The notes below the pieces were generated by a model. It made no database searches and was not told the DNA's origin. It worked only from the letters and a program-made list of their open reading frames with translations. Made by a program: the position numbers and the translations under genes. From positions 27,032,001-27,096,000 of the forward strand of contig NC_133622.1 of the NCBI RefSeq assembly GCF_048593235.1: 64,000 bases of DNA. The letters are read 5' to 3'. Below are positions 24,230 through 35,431 of this stretch, piece by piece. Numbering within the stretch: position 1 is the first letter of the stretch; every line of letters starts with the position of its first letter. The DNA comes from Sminthopsis crassicaudata. Its lineage: Eukaryota.

Positions 24230-25848
24230 CTTCAAACAAAGGAGAGAGTTGGTTACAAATTAATTTCAGGACAGCCAGGGATTAGTTTTATATTCCCTTG
24301 GGAATGGCAATTACAGTGGCAAAGGTAAACAGCTGAAATTAACACTAGAGATTTTCTATATTTTTTGGTTTTTGTTTTTTTTTTTTTTTACCTTATATCA
24401 CAACATGCTTAATATACTCTGGAGAACTGGAAAGGTATCTTAAAAATCATGAATGATCAAAGACGAGGAAATTGAAAAACAATGAGCTTAAATGACTTAT
24501 TAAATTACTTACCCAAGTTCACATGCACATTCAATTATGAGAATTATTTTCGACACCAGTAAATCAGCTCAAATTATTTTTTTTGGAGAAATGATGCTTT
24601 TTTTTTTTGAGAAACCATATACTAAAACTTCCGATGCTACGAATGAAACTGACTCGTATCCATTATTGAAAAACATTTTTTAAAAGATGCTTCGGCAGAC
24701 ACTGGGAAATCCCTTCTTATAAACTTTGTAAACTCATTAGCAATATACAACTGTCATTAAAGGCCTGGAACTGGAATAGAGGCTTAGAATTTACACAGTA
24801 ATCACTTATGCATTACCTCAGTGGATCCTTATAACACTCTCAGGTAGATAAGATGAATATGATTAAGTTCATTTTACGATGAGGAAACCAGTGTGGTTCA
24901 CATAAGTTAAATGAATTGCTCAATCCAGAACTGCAGAGAGAACCCAGTTTTAGGTCTTGGGATCCCTACTCAGTTCCAGGGCATATGATGTAACTGCTCC
25001 TTTACATTTAATATAAACTGTATGCTAACTACATTGTCATTTTTCTTCTAAAATCAAGAAGGCCTTGGAAGGCTACGACCTGCTTGGTTAGCACATGAGA
25101 GTATTTCAAACTACATGCCTAGAAAAATGTTCACTAATTCAGTCCTTTCACTAACTGGCTGGCTGGCACTGTCCCCCACTTACTATAAATGAGGGAATCA
25201 CATTATTTTAGAGGTAAAAGGAGTCTCCGCAGTCATCCGGAACAATGTAAAAAACCTACAGAAGGCATCTCCAATGCCACGTTAACCTGCCTCTACCTGG
25301 AGGAAGCCCAATGCTTCATGAGCACCACCTAGACTGTGGAGCATCATTTTCTTTTCTCAGGCCAGTCTGAGTCTGCCTCTTCACAACTTCCACACATCCT
25401 TCCTACTGCTGACCTGGGGGAGGAGGAAATTGAATCCATCCTGTCCATGGCCCCATCCTTTCCCCATTCCCTCAATTCATTCTTACACGTGCAAAAATAC
25501 AGACTCAAGGCTGGTCACTGTGAGCAGAGCATGTATCCAGAACACGGTAAGGTAAGAAGACCACAATATGTGTGTGGATAAACATCAAATAAACTGGTAG
25601 CTATCACCTACTTACTGCTAGAAATTATACATGTCTTAAAGCAGCCTAAGAGCACACGAGCTGAAGGAGATGAGATCTCACTCTACCTGATTAGTCTCCA
25701 GCTTGCACTGCACTTAAACCCGCCAGGTCTTTTTTTAATATAAAATGCTACATAGCCACAGCTCCCCCAGTCTTGCACCTATGAAATCAACAATCATAAC
25801 AGACTTATTTTTTTAATCCCTGCTTTAACTTCATCTTATTAGATAAGG

Positions 25849-26072
25849 NNNNNNNNNNNNNNNNNNNNNNNNNNNNNNNNNNNNNNNNNNNNNNNNNNNN
25901 NNNNNNNNNNNNNNNNNNNNNNNNNNNNNNNNNNNNNNNNNNNNNNNNNNNNNNNNNNNNNNNNNNNNNNNNNNNNNNNNNNNNNNNNNNNNNNNNNNNN
26001 NNNNNNNNNNNNNNNNNNNNNNNNNNNNNNNNNNNNNNNNNNNNNNNNNNNNNNNNNNNNNNNNNNNNNNNN
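25849..26072. other. Assembly gap (224 N)
   Basis: N run. Confidence 0.97.
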
Positions 26073-26323
26073 CAATATCACCTAATATGTCAGTGATACC
26101 TTTCAGCTCTGTCACATAAGAAAATATGAACTTTTTAATGATTATGAATTAACTTTGCTCAGCAGTTAACCACATAAGTTCTCCTTAACTCTTTGAGTAA
26201 TATCCAATTCCTCTCTTCGATGCTATGTAAGGCCTCTTATATTTCCTATAATCATACTAGCCACATCCTCATCTACCTCTTATTAGTCTCTTACCTGAAT
26301 TATAACTAACCACTGTTCTAGTC

Positions 26324-26492
26324 CAGTGGTCCTCAAACTTTTTAAACAGGGGGCCAGTTCACTGTCCCTCAGACTGTGGAAGGGCCGGACTAGAGTAAAA
26401 ACAAAAGCTTACACTCTGTCTCCGCCCCTCAGCCCATTTGCCATAACCGGGTGGGCCGCATCTGGCCCACAGGCCATATTTGAGAACCCCTG
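26324..26492 (+). mobile_element. OC1/OposCharlie-like non-autonomous hAT MITE, copy 1
   Basis: TIRs CAGTGGTCCTCAAACT / TTTGAGAACCCCTG. Degenerate 8-bp TSD TTCTAGTC / TTTTAGAC. Confidence 0.9.
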
Positions 26493-29029
26493 TTTTAGAC
26501 CATTTGCTCTTTTACTCCCTATTCCAAGCTCCCATAGAACTCACGCACTACCTTTCTTGGTTTTTAATTCATGTTATGTTGCCATGTAGAACTATTCTAC
26601 TGTGGGGTATGTGGGGAAGAGGCAGGGGCATTTTATATCTAAGTTATGTGGCCCTCGTGGGAAGGAACAATATTTCTTTTGTGCAATGGTTGGTTTGAAG
26701 TTCCTTAATTTTGGCAGACTGGCTACTGCAGTCCCACTTAGCTCTCACCTGTGGGAAAACGACTTCCACACTTAGGTCTTCAGATTACCCTAGATCTTAC
26801 CATCGATTCCAAGCAAGTGACTCTAATGGTATCTGTGTGCTCCTGAGTTTTTGACACACTTACATAAATAAGCGTACGTGAGCTCACTAATAGACTGTCA
26901 AGGCCCATGGTCTCTATAACCTAAATACACACTTCAAAATTGCCTGAAAATTCAAACATGTAAAAATGTATCATTTCAAAGTGAATACAGAGCCAATCAC
27001 AGACTCCAGGGATCTGATTTCAAATCCTTCCCGTCATACACTGGCTGTGTAACCCCGTCCAGGTCACATAACTCCTCTGTGCTCCATAAATTAGGGGTCA
27101 GCTTCTGATCTGAGCGCCCAGGAAGTGTCCCCACTGGGAGGCTAATATACCACAAAACTCCCAGTACCATTCAACTACACACACAAAAAAAATTTCCCAA
27201 CAATAGCAGTATTTATTTGTGCTGCATTCCCCCCTCCTCCCAGTGCTATTTTTTCCCCAAAATTTTAAGATTTGTCAATTGGAAAACAGAAGGCTCTTCA
27301 TGGTAAATTTTTAGAATTCTGTTATTTATAGAATCGTAGAGAGAGAGAGTTAAACGAGTTGAAGGACCTGGACTCAGCTAGACTGTCCCAGTTGTTATAA
27401 AATAAATAGATACTGACAGGAAGTTAGTTATTTACCCAAAGAACAACAGATCCATGAGAAAAAAACTATGCTCTTAACCAGAAGACCTAGAAACACTTAA
27501 ATGGTAGAGGCAGCTCTCAGAAGGTATTTCTCCACCCTCCCTTGATTTCCCCAATACCGTAGTGGGACCCTTTAAAGTTAATGATGATGGCTAATATTTA
27601 ATAACATTTTACAGTTTTACAAAGCTTTTTATCCCACTTAATTCTCACAAACAGCTCTCAGAAGTAAGGAGCACCAGTATTACCTTCATCTTAGGGATAC
27701 TAAAACTAAGGAAAAGCACTTAAAGAGATAGGCAAAGAAAGATTAAAGTATTTTTTTCCAAGGTTAAATAGCTAGTGGCAGAATTCCAAACCCAGTCCCC
27801 AGAATCCAAATCCAGTATTCTTTCCCTTACACAAAAATACCTATGCTGATAAGCCCTGTAACTATTTCATGCCATCCAATTAACACCCCGGAACTGGCCT
27901 ACTTTATAGTTCTAAATTTGCCTCTGGGGCCCCTTTTGGTTGGGATAGATTCAATGATATTAAGGGTAGGTACTGATAAAAAGGTAGGAACAGCTTAGAA
28001 GGGTGACGGGCTGAAAAGCCCGGAGTGGAGAATTTCACAAAGCATAAAACATTGTGGGGAAAGTGGGACTGATGGGCTCCAGGAGTGTTAGCCAGCAGTT
28101 AAGATTTACAGACCTCTTGAGAATAGGGGTGGCCTATCCCGGGCCCAGTTGGAACCTGTATCTGTATGTGTGACCATCCACCTTCCAGTGATCACTTTTA
28201 AAAAGAGAGGTAGAAATCAGAAGCTTCCCCAGCACTAATGCAGGTAAATATGCTCCCTCCTATGTATTCTGACAGCATTCAAGAAAGGCTTGCCATAGCA
28301 ATAAATGAAGGCATAAATTAAAGATAGTAAAAACAGCAAAGACAAAATTCTCCCTATCCACAAGGACAAATTGGTTTGCTTAAAACAGTCCAGGAAATCG
28401 ACAATACTGGCCTCCGGAGCACTGGAAATACTCTGGGGAAACCACAAAAAGACTGGCCTGAGAATACCACCAAAAAGGAGAAACAGAGTGATTGGGATGG
28501 ACAATATGGCAGGAATACAGCCACAAAGAAGAGGTCGCAAAATCATGAAAGAAATGAAGTACCAAAATAATACAATAAACTCTTACCTGGCCAAAGAACG
28601 GGGCGTTCTGGTGTGTGACGAGATTAAGGGGGAGCGTAACGTTTCTGATTTCCTACTTAGGATACAGTGGGAAGCTGTTTAACTCTAACTTGGGGACTAC
28701 TGATAACTCAAAACATTTTGAAATGGAAAGGGAATTGTATCCCAGTAAAAATTCAGACTGGTTCTTGTCAAGGCTATAGTACTAACTAGCATCTACAGAT
28801 TCCTAGCTAACCCTAAATTACTTACTTCATCTGGGAAATGGGGGAATTGGATTAGATTATTTCTAATCCCGCCCAAGCTTAACATTCTATAAATATCTGA
28901 TTTCTACTGTGGTAATACCAGGCACTTTGCTAATTTGTGTAAGGTGTAAAGAGTATATTGCAGCCAGTAAACAATATATTCGGGTAATGTATATATGGTA
29001 ATTTATGGAAAAATAAAATGTAATAAAAT

Positions 29030-29030
29030 A

Positions 29031-29076
<46 letters not shown>

Positions 29077-29080
29077 AATA
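29030..29080. repeat. (TA)n microsatellite
   Basis: Direct run. Confidence 0.9.
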
Positions 29081-29134
29081 TACACAATAAAATAATAAAA
29101 TGAAAACATACAAGATATAAATTAATACATAAAA

Positions 29135-29384
29135 CAACTAAGTGGCACAGTGAATAAAGCACCAGACTTAAAGTGTAGAAGATTTAACTTCCTGATTTCA
29201 AATCCGGTCCAGATACTTCCTAGCTGTGTGATTCTGGGCAAGTCACTTAATTCTGTCTGCCTCAGTTTCCTTATCTATAAAATGAGCTGGAAAAGAAAAT
29301 GGAAAAGCACTCTAATATCTCTGCCAAGAAAACCCCCAACAGTGTTACAAATTGTTGGGCATGACTGAAAAAACTGAACAACAA
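29135..29384 (+). mobile_element. Mar1-like CORE-SINE
   Basis: tRNA-like head, CORE GGGCAAGTCACTTAA...CCTCAGTTTCCTTATCTATAAAATGAG, and RTE-type tail ending CATGACTGAAAAAACTGAACAACAA. Confidence 0.8.
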
Positions 29385-29559
29385 AGGTAAATTAATGAAT
29401 ATATTCCAACTTTAACTAAAGCAGGGCTACCAGCTGTAGCAACTGCAGCTTCATTCATAGGATTTCAGCAAGTTCCTATAAAGATGCCCTTACTTCCGGG
29501 GGGTTGTGCCCAAAAGAATACAAATTTCGATCACTGAAATCTTGCAAGATATCTTGGGG

Positions 29560-29940
29560 TTTATGGGTTAGGACCATGCCGTAAACTCAAATTACTCTAG
29601 CTCTCATTGATTGGCCAACGACAGGGCCTTGGCCCATGGTTTGGGCCCTGATTGGCTCAGAGTGAATGTAAATTGCAGTTGTTTCTGTTTTGGCCAGACT
29701 CTGAGGGTCTGCTCTTCCCTCCCAGATTGTTTCCCAGCAGAAAGAATCCATTCTCTGTCTCATTTCTTACCTAGCCTTAATCACCAATTGGGCATTGTGT
29801 GGGCCAACTTCTTCCACTGCATTGGAGCCATCTCCAGTCTGGTCGCTGAACCCAAATGGCTCTAGAGGGGAAACTGAGGCAGGTGACCTTGTACTTCAAT
29901 CCAATTCACTTGCCCATCATAGTATCACCTCCATGACAAA
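29560..29940 (-). mobile_element. Marsupial interspersed repeat, probably RTE-related; related copies at ~41380-41510, ~47510-47915, ~61660-61840 and ~62715-63090
   Basis: Shared motifs between copies (CATTCTCTGxCTCATTTCTTACCTAGC; AATCCAATTxACTT; GTTGTTTxxxCTT...CATGACATC). Family name uncertain. Confidence 0.6.
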
Positions 29941-32635
29941 GGTTAAGAGGATATAAGCTCCATTAGACTACCTTTTGTTTTGTAATCCCTAATTCCTATT
30001 ATAGTGACAAGTATACAGCACTTGAAAAAAATTTGAGGACCAGTTGATATAATGACTTACCAGGATAATAAATCTCATCAAAATATTTTTAGTCACTGAT
30101 GTCTAAATGAAACATTTTGAAATCCACCCAATATTTTCTCAGTGATCTGTTATCTCTAATTACAACGGTCACATTATAGAAAATGAATTACAGATACCAC
30201 AAAACATGACAGTACATCTGTCAGCGAAAGTCTCTTCTCTCATCATGGGTACAGTTCACAATCCAATTTCAAGAGAAAATCACAAGCTGTAATGCTGACC
30301 TCAACAGAGATCTCAACATTAGTGCCCAAGTATATAACCCCACACGCGTGAATCTAGCCGGCGCCCCAAAGCCATCTGACTAGGAACAAAAGCAATGAGT
30401 ATTAGATCAAGAATTTAAAATCTATAATTCATAGGTAACATGAAGTCTCAGCACCATCATGTTCTGGGAATAGTGACAAACAAGCACTTCCTGAGTATAA
30501 ACAAGCAAAAGAAAAGAAAAAAAAAGATCATCAAACTGCTGACAATGCTTTAGTTGTAAAATATGATACAGTGGAATGGACTGCTGGCCATGGGCTCAGA
30601 GAATCAGAATTCTGATTTAAGCTTACTGCCACTGTGACCTTGAAACTGAAAATATTTTGGTGAGAAGTATTATGTGAATTTATCCTGCTAATTTTATCAA
30701 TTGACTCTCAATTTTTTTCAAGTAGTTTCAATCAAGCTATTTTTATTTTTGGCTTAAAGTAAAGAAATATCTATGTTTTAAATTTTATTTAACAAACATT
30801 ATTAAGCATCTATTGTGTACCTGAAATTATAAATTACAAAATAAAAGGTAGTCCCCATCCTATTATTACCTTTGTTGTTGTTATGAAATCATGCTGACCC
30901 TGACTTACCTCATCAAGAAAATAAGGGGGATGCCATTCATTGGCATCTGAGGATAATCACAGCTGCAGAACTGTGATCCTGGCATATAAAATGCAAATGC
31001 ACAATTGTTTCAATGGAACTTTGAGTACAGTTAATCCAAAAAAAAAAAAAAAGCCTTTCCAAATAGTGCACAAAGACAGACTTTGTTAAAATGGCAATTC
31101 TTTCTGGAGAATAGTATTTCTATTAAAAGAAACACTGTCCTAGGAGTTTATAAACAACATCATTGATAATAAGTTAAACTGGATTTTGAACTATTATTTT
31201 AAAAGTGACAATTTTTCACTAATCTAATCCATGCAAATTTAGGTTATAATCTCAGTCGTATTAATTTAAATTTTCATTTTTAGTAAATGTCGTCTCTACT
31301 TCGGGATAACTGAATAGTAGCTACTTAGTCCAATCTTTCAAATGGTCCTTTGTAGCTATACGTCAAACTTAAAATATGGGTATACACACACATATACATA
31401 CACACCCACCTACAAAAAATATGTGTGTGTGTTTATACATACTCCTTTGATAATATGTATGTGCTTTTATATACTCCTCTCATCATCTAATTTACTGTGG
31501 CTGAAACACAAAGATTACTTGACTAGAAATCTGAAGATTTGATGTCTTTCACATCAGTCATCAATTAAAACATTCGAAAGTCACACTTTATCTTTCTGGG
31601 TCTCAGTTTTCCCACTTGTAAAATAAATAGACATGGGATAAGTAAGGGGCTATTTCTCTTTCTTGATCTACAATTCCACAACTACAGAAGATTTCCTCCT
31701 CCTTCCACTATTTTAAATGAAAGGGAAAAAAAAAAAAAAAGGCATTGTGAAATGTTTATTTCCATTCAGTGATTCATACTGACTTTACTGCAGTTAAGCT
31801 ACAGTAAAGCTTTCTACATAAACCCAGCTAGCAAAAACTGCTCTTCTTTCATGAATAATAAAAGGCACCCTCACCAAAAAGCATTTTCTTTTTTAAAAGG
31901 GAAGGATAATTACTTTGTACTTTTAATAATTTGTGGTTCATTAAATGCCTGAAAAACTATGCTCATTTTCATTGCCTGTACTTGTTTCATGGCCATATAT
32001 TCTTAGAGGTTACATCAGGCATTACACTTCAGCCTTTCCATTTTCATTTAACACAGGAATCACTGAATCACAGAATATTAGAAACATAAAATATCCCAGA
32101 GATCATTAATCCAACCTTTTCGTTTGAGAGACCCTACAGGGTTTAGTAGCCTTCCAAGGTCACACCATAAATCAGTAGCCTGGGCTCCAAGGCAGGGGTC
32201 CTAATATCTGAATTATAATTCCAAAGTTCTGGCCAATGAAGGATTTAAACCAAGTTAGAAACCAATTTTGGACATTCATATTTTCTATTTCCATACAAAT
32301 CCATAAATAAAATGAAGCTAAATCACTGACTCCAATTGCAGAAATATGTTGATTTGGTTAGAGCCTTTAAATAGAATCTCTCTAAAATCTGCTTTTAACC
32401 AACCAGACCTCTGATTTTTCCGGTATAAACAAGCATCCCCTCCCAATATAGAATAGCCCCTATTCTGCAACTTATGGTCTTAAAACAGGAGTTGTCAGCC
32501 TTTTGGAGTACCACACATCCCAAACTGCTGAACCCTACAGTCCAGTTCCCAGAAAGTGATTAACTTCAGCAAATAAAATCTATAAGATTACCAAGGGAAA
32601 CAATTATATTGAAATGTATTTATCAAAACATAGAC

Positions 32636-32880
32636 ATATTGCTTGCTTTTTGTTCTTACTCATTTTTTTCTTTTTGATCTGATTTTTCTTGTGCAGCATG
32701 ATAATTGTGGAAATATGTATAGAATTGCACACATTTAACATATATATTGGATTACTTGATCTCCAAGGCAGGGAATGGGAAAAGGAGGGAGAAAAAAAAA
32801 TATGGAATAAGATTTTGCAATGCTGAAAATTATTTTTGCATATATTTTGAAAATAAAAAGCTTTTAAAAAAATCTCAAAA
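32636..32880 (+). mobile_element. Short L1 3'UTR fragment followed by (TG)n(TA)n at ~32903-32973
   Basis: TTTTGATCTGATTTTTCTTGTGCAGCATGA motif and AATAAAAAGC tail. Confidence 0.75.
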
Positions 32881-32900
32881 CAAAAACAAAACATAAGACC

Positions 32901-32973
<73 letters not shown>

Positions 32974-33621
32974 GATGCACAGTCCATGTTTACAACTACA
33001 TCAAAGCAGTCAGGGAGGTGGCTAGCTCAGAATTTACTTAGATGATTTCTGTAACGCAGTTCATGTCCCATGATCATATTTCCATTTCAACGCTCTTTTT
33101 TCCCTAAAGATCCAAATTATACAAATACCAAGACTTTGAAAAAAATAAATGCTGTACAACTTGTAAGCAGATAACATTTTTAAAATTTCAAGTTTGTGAA
33201 ATGCAATATCACCAGTGAAACAAAATATATCTTTGACAAAATTGTCCTCTTGGCTTGTTAAGGAGCCCAAGATATTTAATATCTCTTGTAGTCTTCTGGC
33301 CAGAATATGCATTTCGTATGGTACCATAAAATCAGCTCCAATAAGATCTTTTTTCAGGATGCTATAACAACCTGCCTTTGCGTGCCAAAAATATTCAGTT
33401 TCTAAAGACTATCACCATTTTTCTTTTGCTTAAGAAGCCAGTTTATGTTAATTTTAAGGGGAAAAAAATGCTTTGAAAGTAAAAATAATATCATGCAGAA
33501 GAAATGTGCAATTAGTGATTTTTAAATTCCCTAAAAATGATACAATCTTAATTGGAGAAGTTGCACCAATCCCAGCTTCTCGAGTGCATTGGTCAATGTT
33601 GTTTTGGGTTTAAGAGTATTC

Positions 33622-34261
33622 AGATTATTCAGGGCCAATTCACAAATAATGAAATCATTCTTATTGATGATTCTAACAACTCACCATTCTGTATTACTCT
33701 AAAGTTGATGAGGCGTTTCCAACACAGAGACCATATATGACGTAAAAGACAGAACCGCCTCGGGAAAGATCTGGATTCAATTTCCATCTATAAGATACCG
33801 GCTGTGGCCGGCAACCCTCGGCCTCCCCCCAGAAAATGGCATGTTAAGTTCTCGGCGTGCTAAGTAACTTTCCAAGGTCATACAAGCCGAGGAGGTTCTG
33901 GAGAGAAATCCCTAGCTAGGGAGGATGGGTGACTGGATAGATTTGGGGGCCTTCAGGATATATTGCCTAGACCTTGTGGGAAAAGTATTTAGAGATTATT
34001 CAGGGCCAATTCATCAATAATGAGATTATTCTTATTAATGATTCCAACAATTCTAATAATATTCTAAAGCACACAAAGCATTCCCAACACACAAGAGTCC
34101 ACATATGATATACAAGACAGAACCAACCTCGGTGTCCACCTTTAAGAGATACCCGTATCTGGCCAGCAACCCTGCCCCCTCCTAACCTCCCCCGACTCAG
34201 AAAATGAAATTATGAAGTTCTCAGCATTCTAAGTAACTTTCCAAGGTCATTCACAGCCGAG
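33622..34261. repeat. Diverged direct duplication (~270-bp copies at 33622-33891 and 33993-34261)
   Basis: Shared anchors AGATTATTCAGGGCCAATTCA, AAGACAGAACC, GCAACCCT and CTAAGTAACTTTCCAAGGTCAT occur in the same order. Confidence 0.85.
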
Positions 34262-34422
34262 TTGTGGCCTGCACTGCTAAAGGCAGAAATTCCCACATCC
34301 TTGGAGCTCTCCATACCAGCCCCTTTTTCGTAACCAAACTCTCCAGTGGCAGTACAGGGAGTATCGGCCCCATTTTATGGAAGGACAAACTGAGGCTTCG
34401 AAGAGGCCGTGATGGTCCTTAC

Positions 34423-35297
34423 CTGCCTGAAGCGGCTCCTCTGGACGTGGCGGGGATTTCCGGCACAGGCCGGTGTCTCAGCATGAAGGACCGGGAGGGT
34501 CTGGACACCAATTTACTGCGGCTCCTCATGGGTGCCAGGTTCTGTGTTGAGGAGACGTACAATTCATTTACAATCATCTCTCCTTTAAATTCAAAAAAGG
34601 GTGACGGAGGTGGGGGCGCTGATAAAGCCCCAGGCTCCTTCACGCCCCCCAGGGTGCAATCAAGGGGCTCCGGAGGTCCAAGAGCTGCTCTCTGCTCCCC
34701 ACTCGGAAGCAGGGCAGCCGGGCCCAAGCTCCCCGCGGCTTCTCTGGGCCCCTTCTCCTCTGCGTCGGCCACATTCTTCTCTGTAACCAAAGCTGCATTC
34801 TCAGTATTCCCATCGTCAAGGGCAACATTTTGACAAGCCTCCAAATTCTGTGGGGACGCGGCGTCTGCAGGAGGACAATCGCTCTGCTGGGCCAGAGACG
34901 GAGCAGCCGACTCCGGAGCCGGCCGGTTTTCCTTGGAGATAGCACATCCGCTGGCCACGGCCTCGCTCCCACCCCATGCCAGCTGGGCCCAGGAGTCTGT
35001 CCCGGCGCACCAGGCTGGGTCCCCCGGGAGCGCCAGCGCGTCCTTCTTGGTCTTGCGGACGTTGGCATAGACGGCCGCCTCGGGCACTTTGGAAAGGATC
35101 ATCTCCAGCTGTTTGAGGATCCTCCTCCGGTGGCCCGTGGGCAAGACCCCAATCTCCTGCAGAACGCCGTCGTTGATGTGGGCGCAGTCCTTCACCGAGC
35201 GGTAGCCGGACTCCTGGAAGCATCCGAGGTACTGCTCCAAGTTAATGTTGGTGAGCAGCTCTTGGAGGTCGGGATGCACTTCGCTGACTGAAGACAT
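34423..35297 (-). CDS. ARAP2: ARAP2 first coding exon (exon 2): N-terminal SAM domain plus linker
   Basis: Translation MSSVSEVHPDLQELLTNINLEQYLGCFQESG...GHRRRILKQL...PSPFFEFKGEMIVNELYV...RSRSKLVSRPSRSFMLRHRPVPEIP closely matches the mammalian ARAP2 N-terminus as I recall it. Kozak context GCCGCCATCATG. Donor CAG|GTAAGG at 34423/34422, phase 2. The ORF-track stop at 34419 is intronic. Confidence 0.97.
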
Positions 35298-35431
35298 GAT
35301 GGCGGCTTCATCACTGCTCCCAGGGCACAGGCCGGGGAAAGCTCTTCAGAGTCAAGCCCGGCACCTGAGCCATATTAATTTCTTCCCAGCAGTGTTCCTC
35401 CCCACATTCTGAGCTCCAAACAGGTTCCCGC
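35298..35431 (-). other. ARAP2: 5' UTR portion of ARAP2 exon 2 (134 nt)
   Basis: Pyrimidine tract and acceptor CTCTCCTTTTGCGCCCTTTTTTTTATAG|GCGGG, with AG at 35433-35432. Confidence 0.75.

Noticed and set aside
26585-28235. Two LTR-like stretches (~26585-26930 and ~27875-28235)
   Set aside because: TG/CA-like ends but no TSD or clear internal signals, so not enough support without a database search.
28235-28682. Cluster of 61-103 aa ORFs on both strands
   Set aside because: No recognisable homology and mostly non-ATG starts. Only the 69-nt splice-bounded segment is kept as a finding.
34264-35291. Plus-strand and alternative-frame ORFs overlapping exon 2 (189, 153, 142 and 135 aa)
   Set aside because: These are expected shadows of a GC-rich, stop-poor exon, with no recognisable protein similarity.
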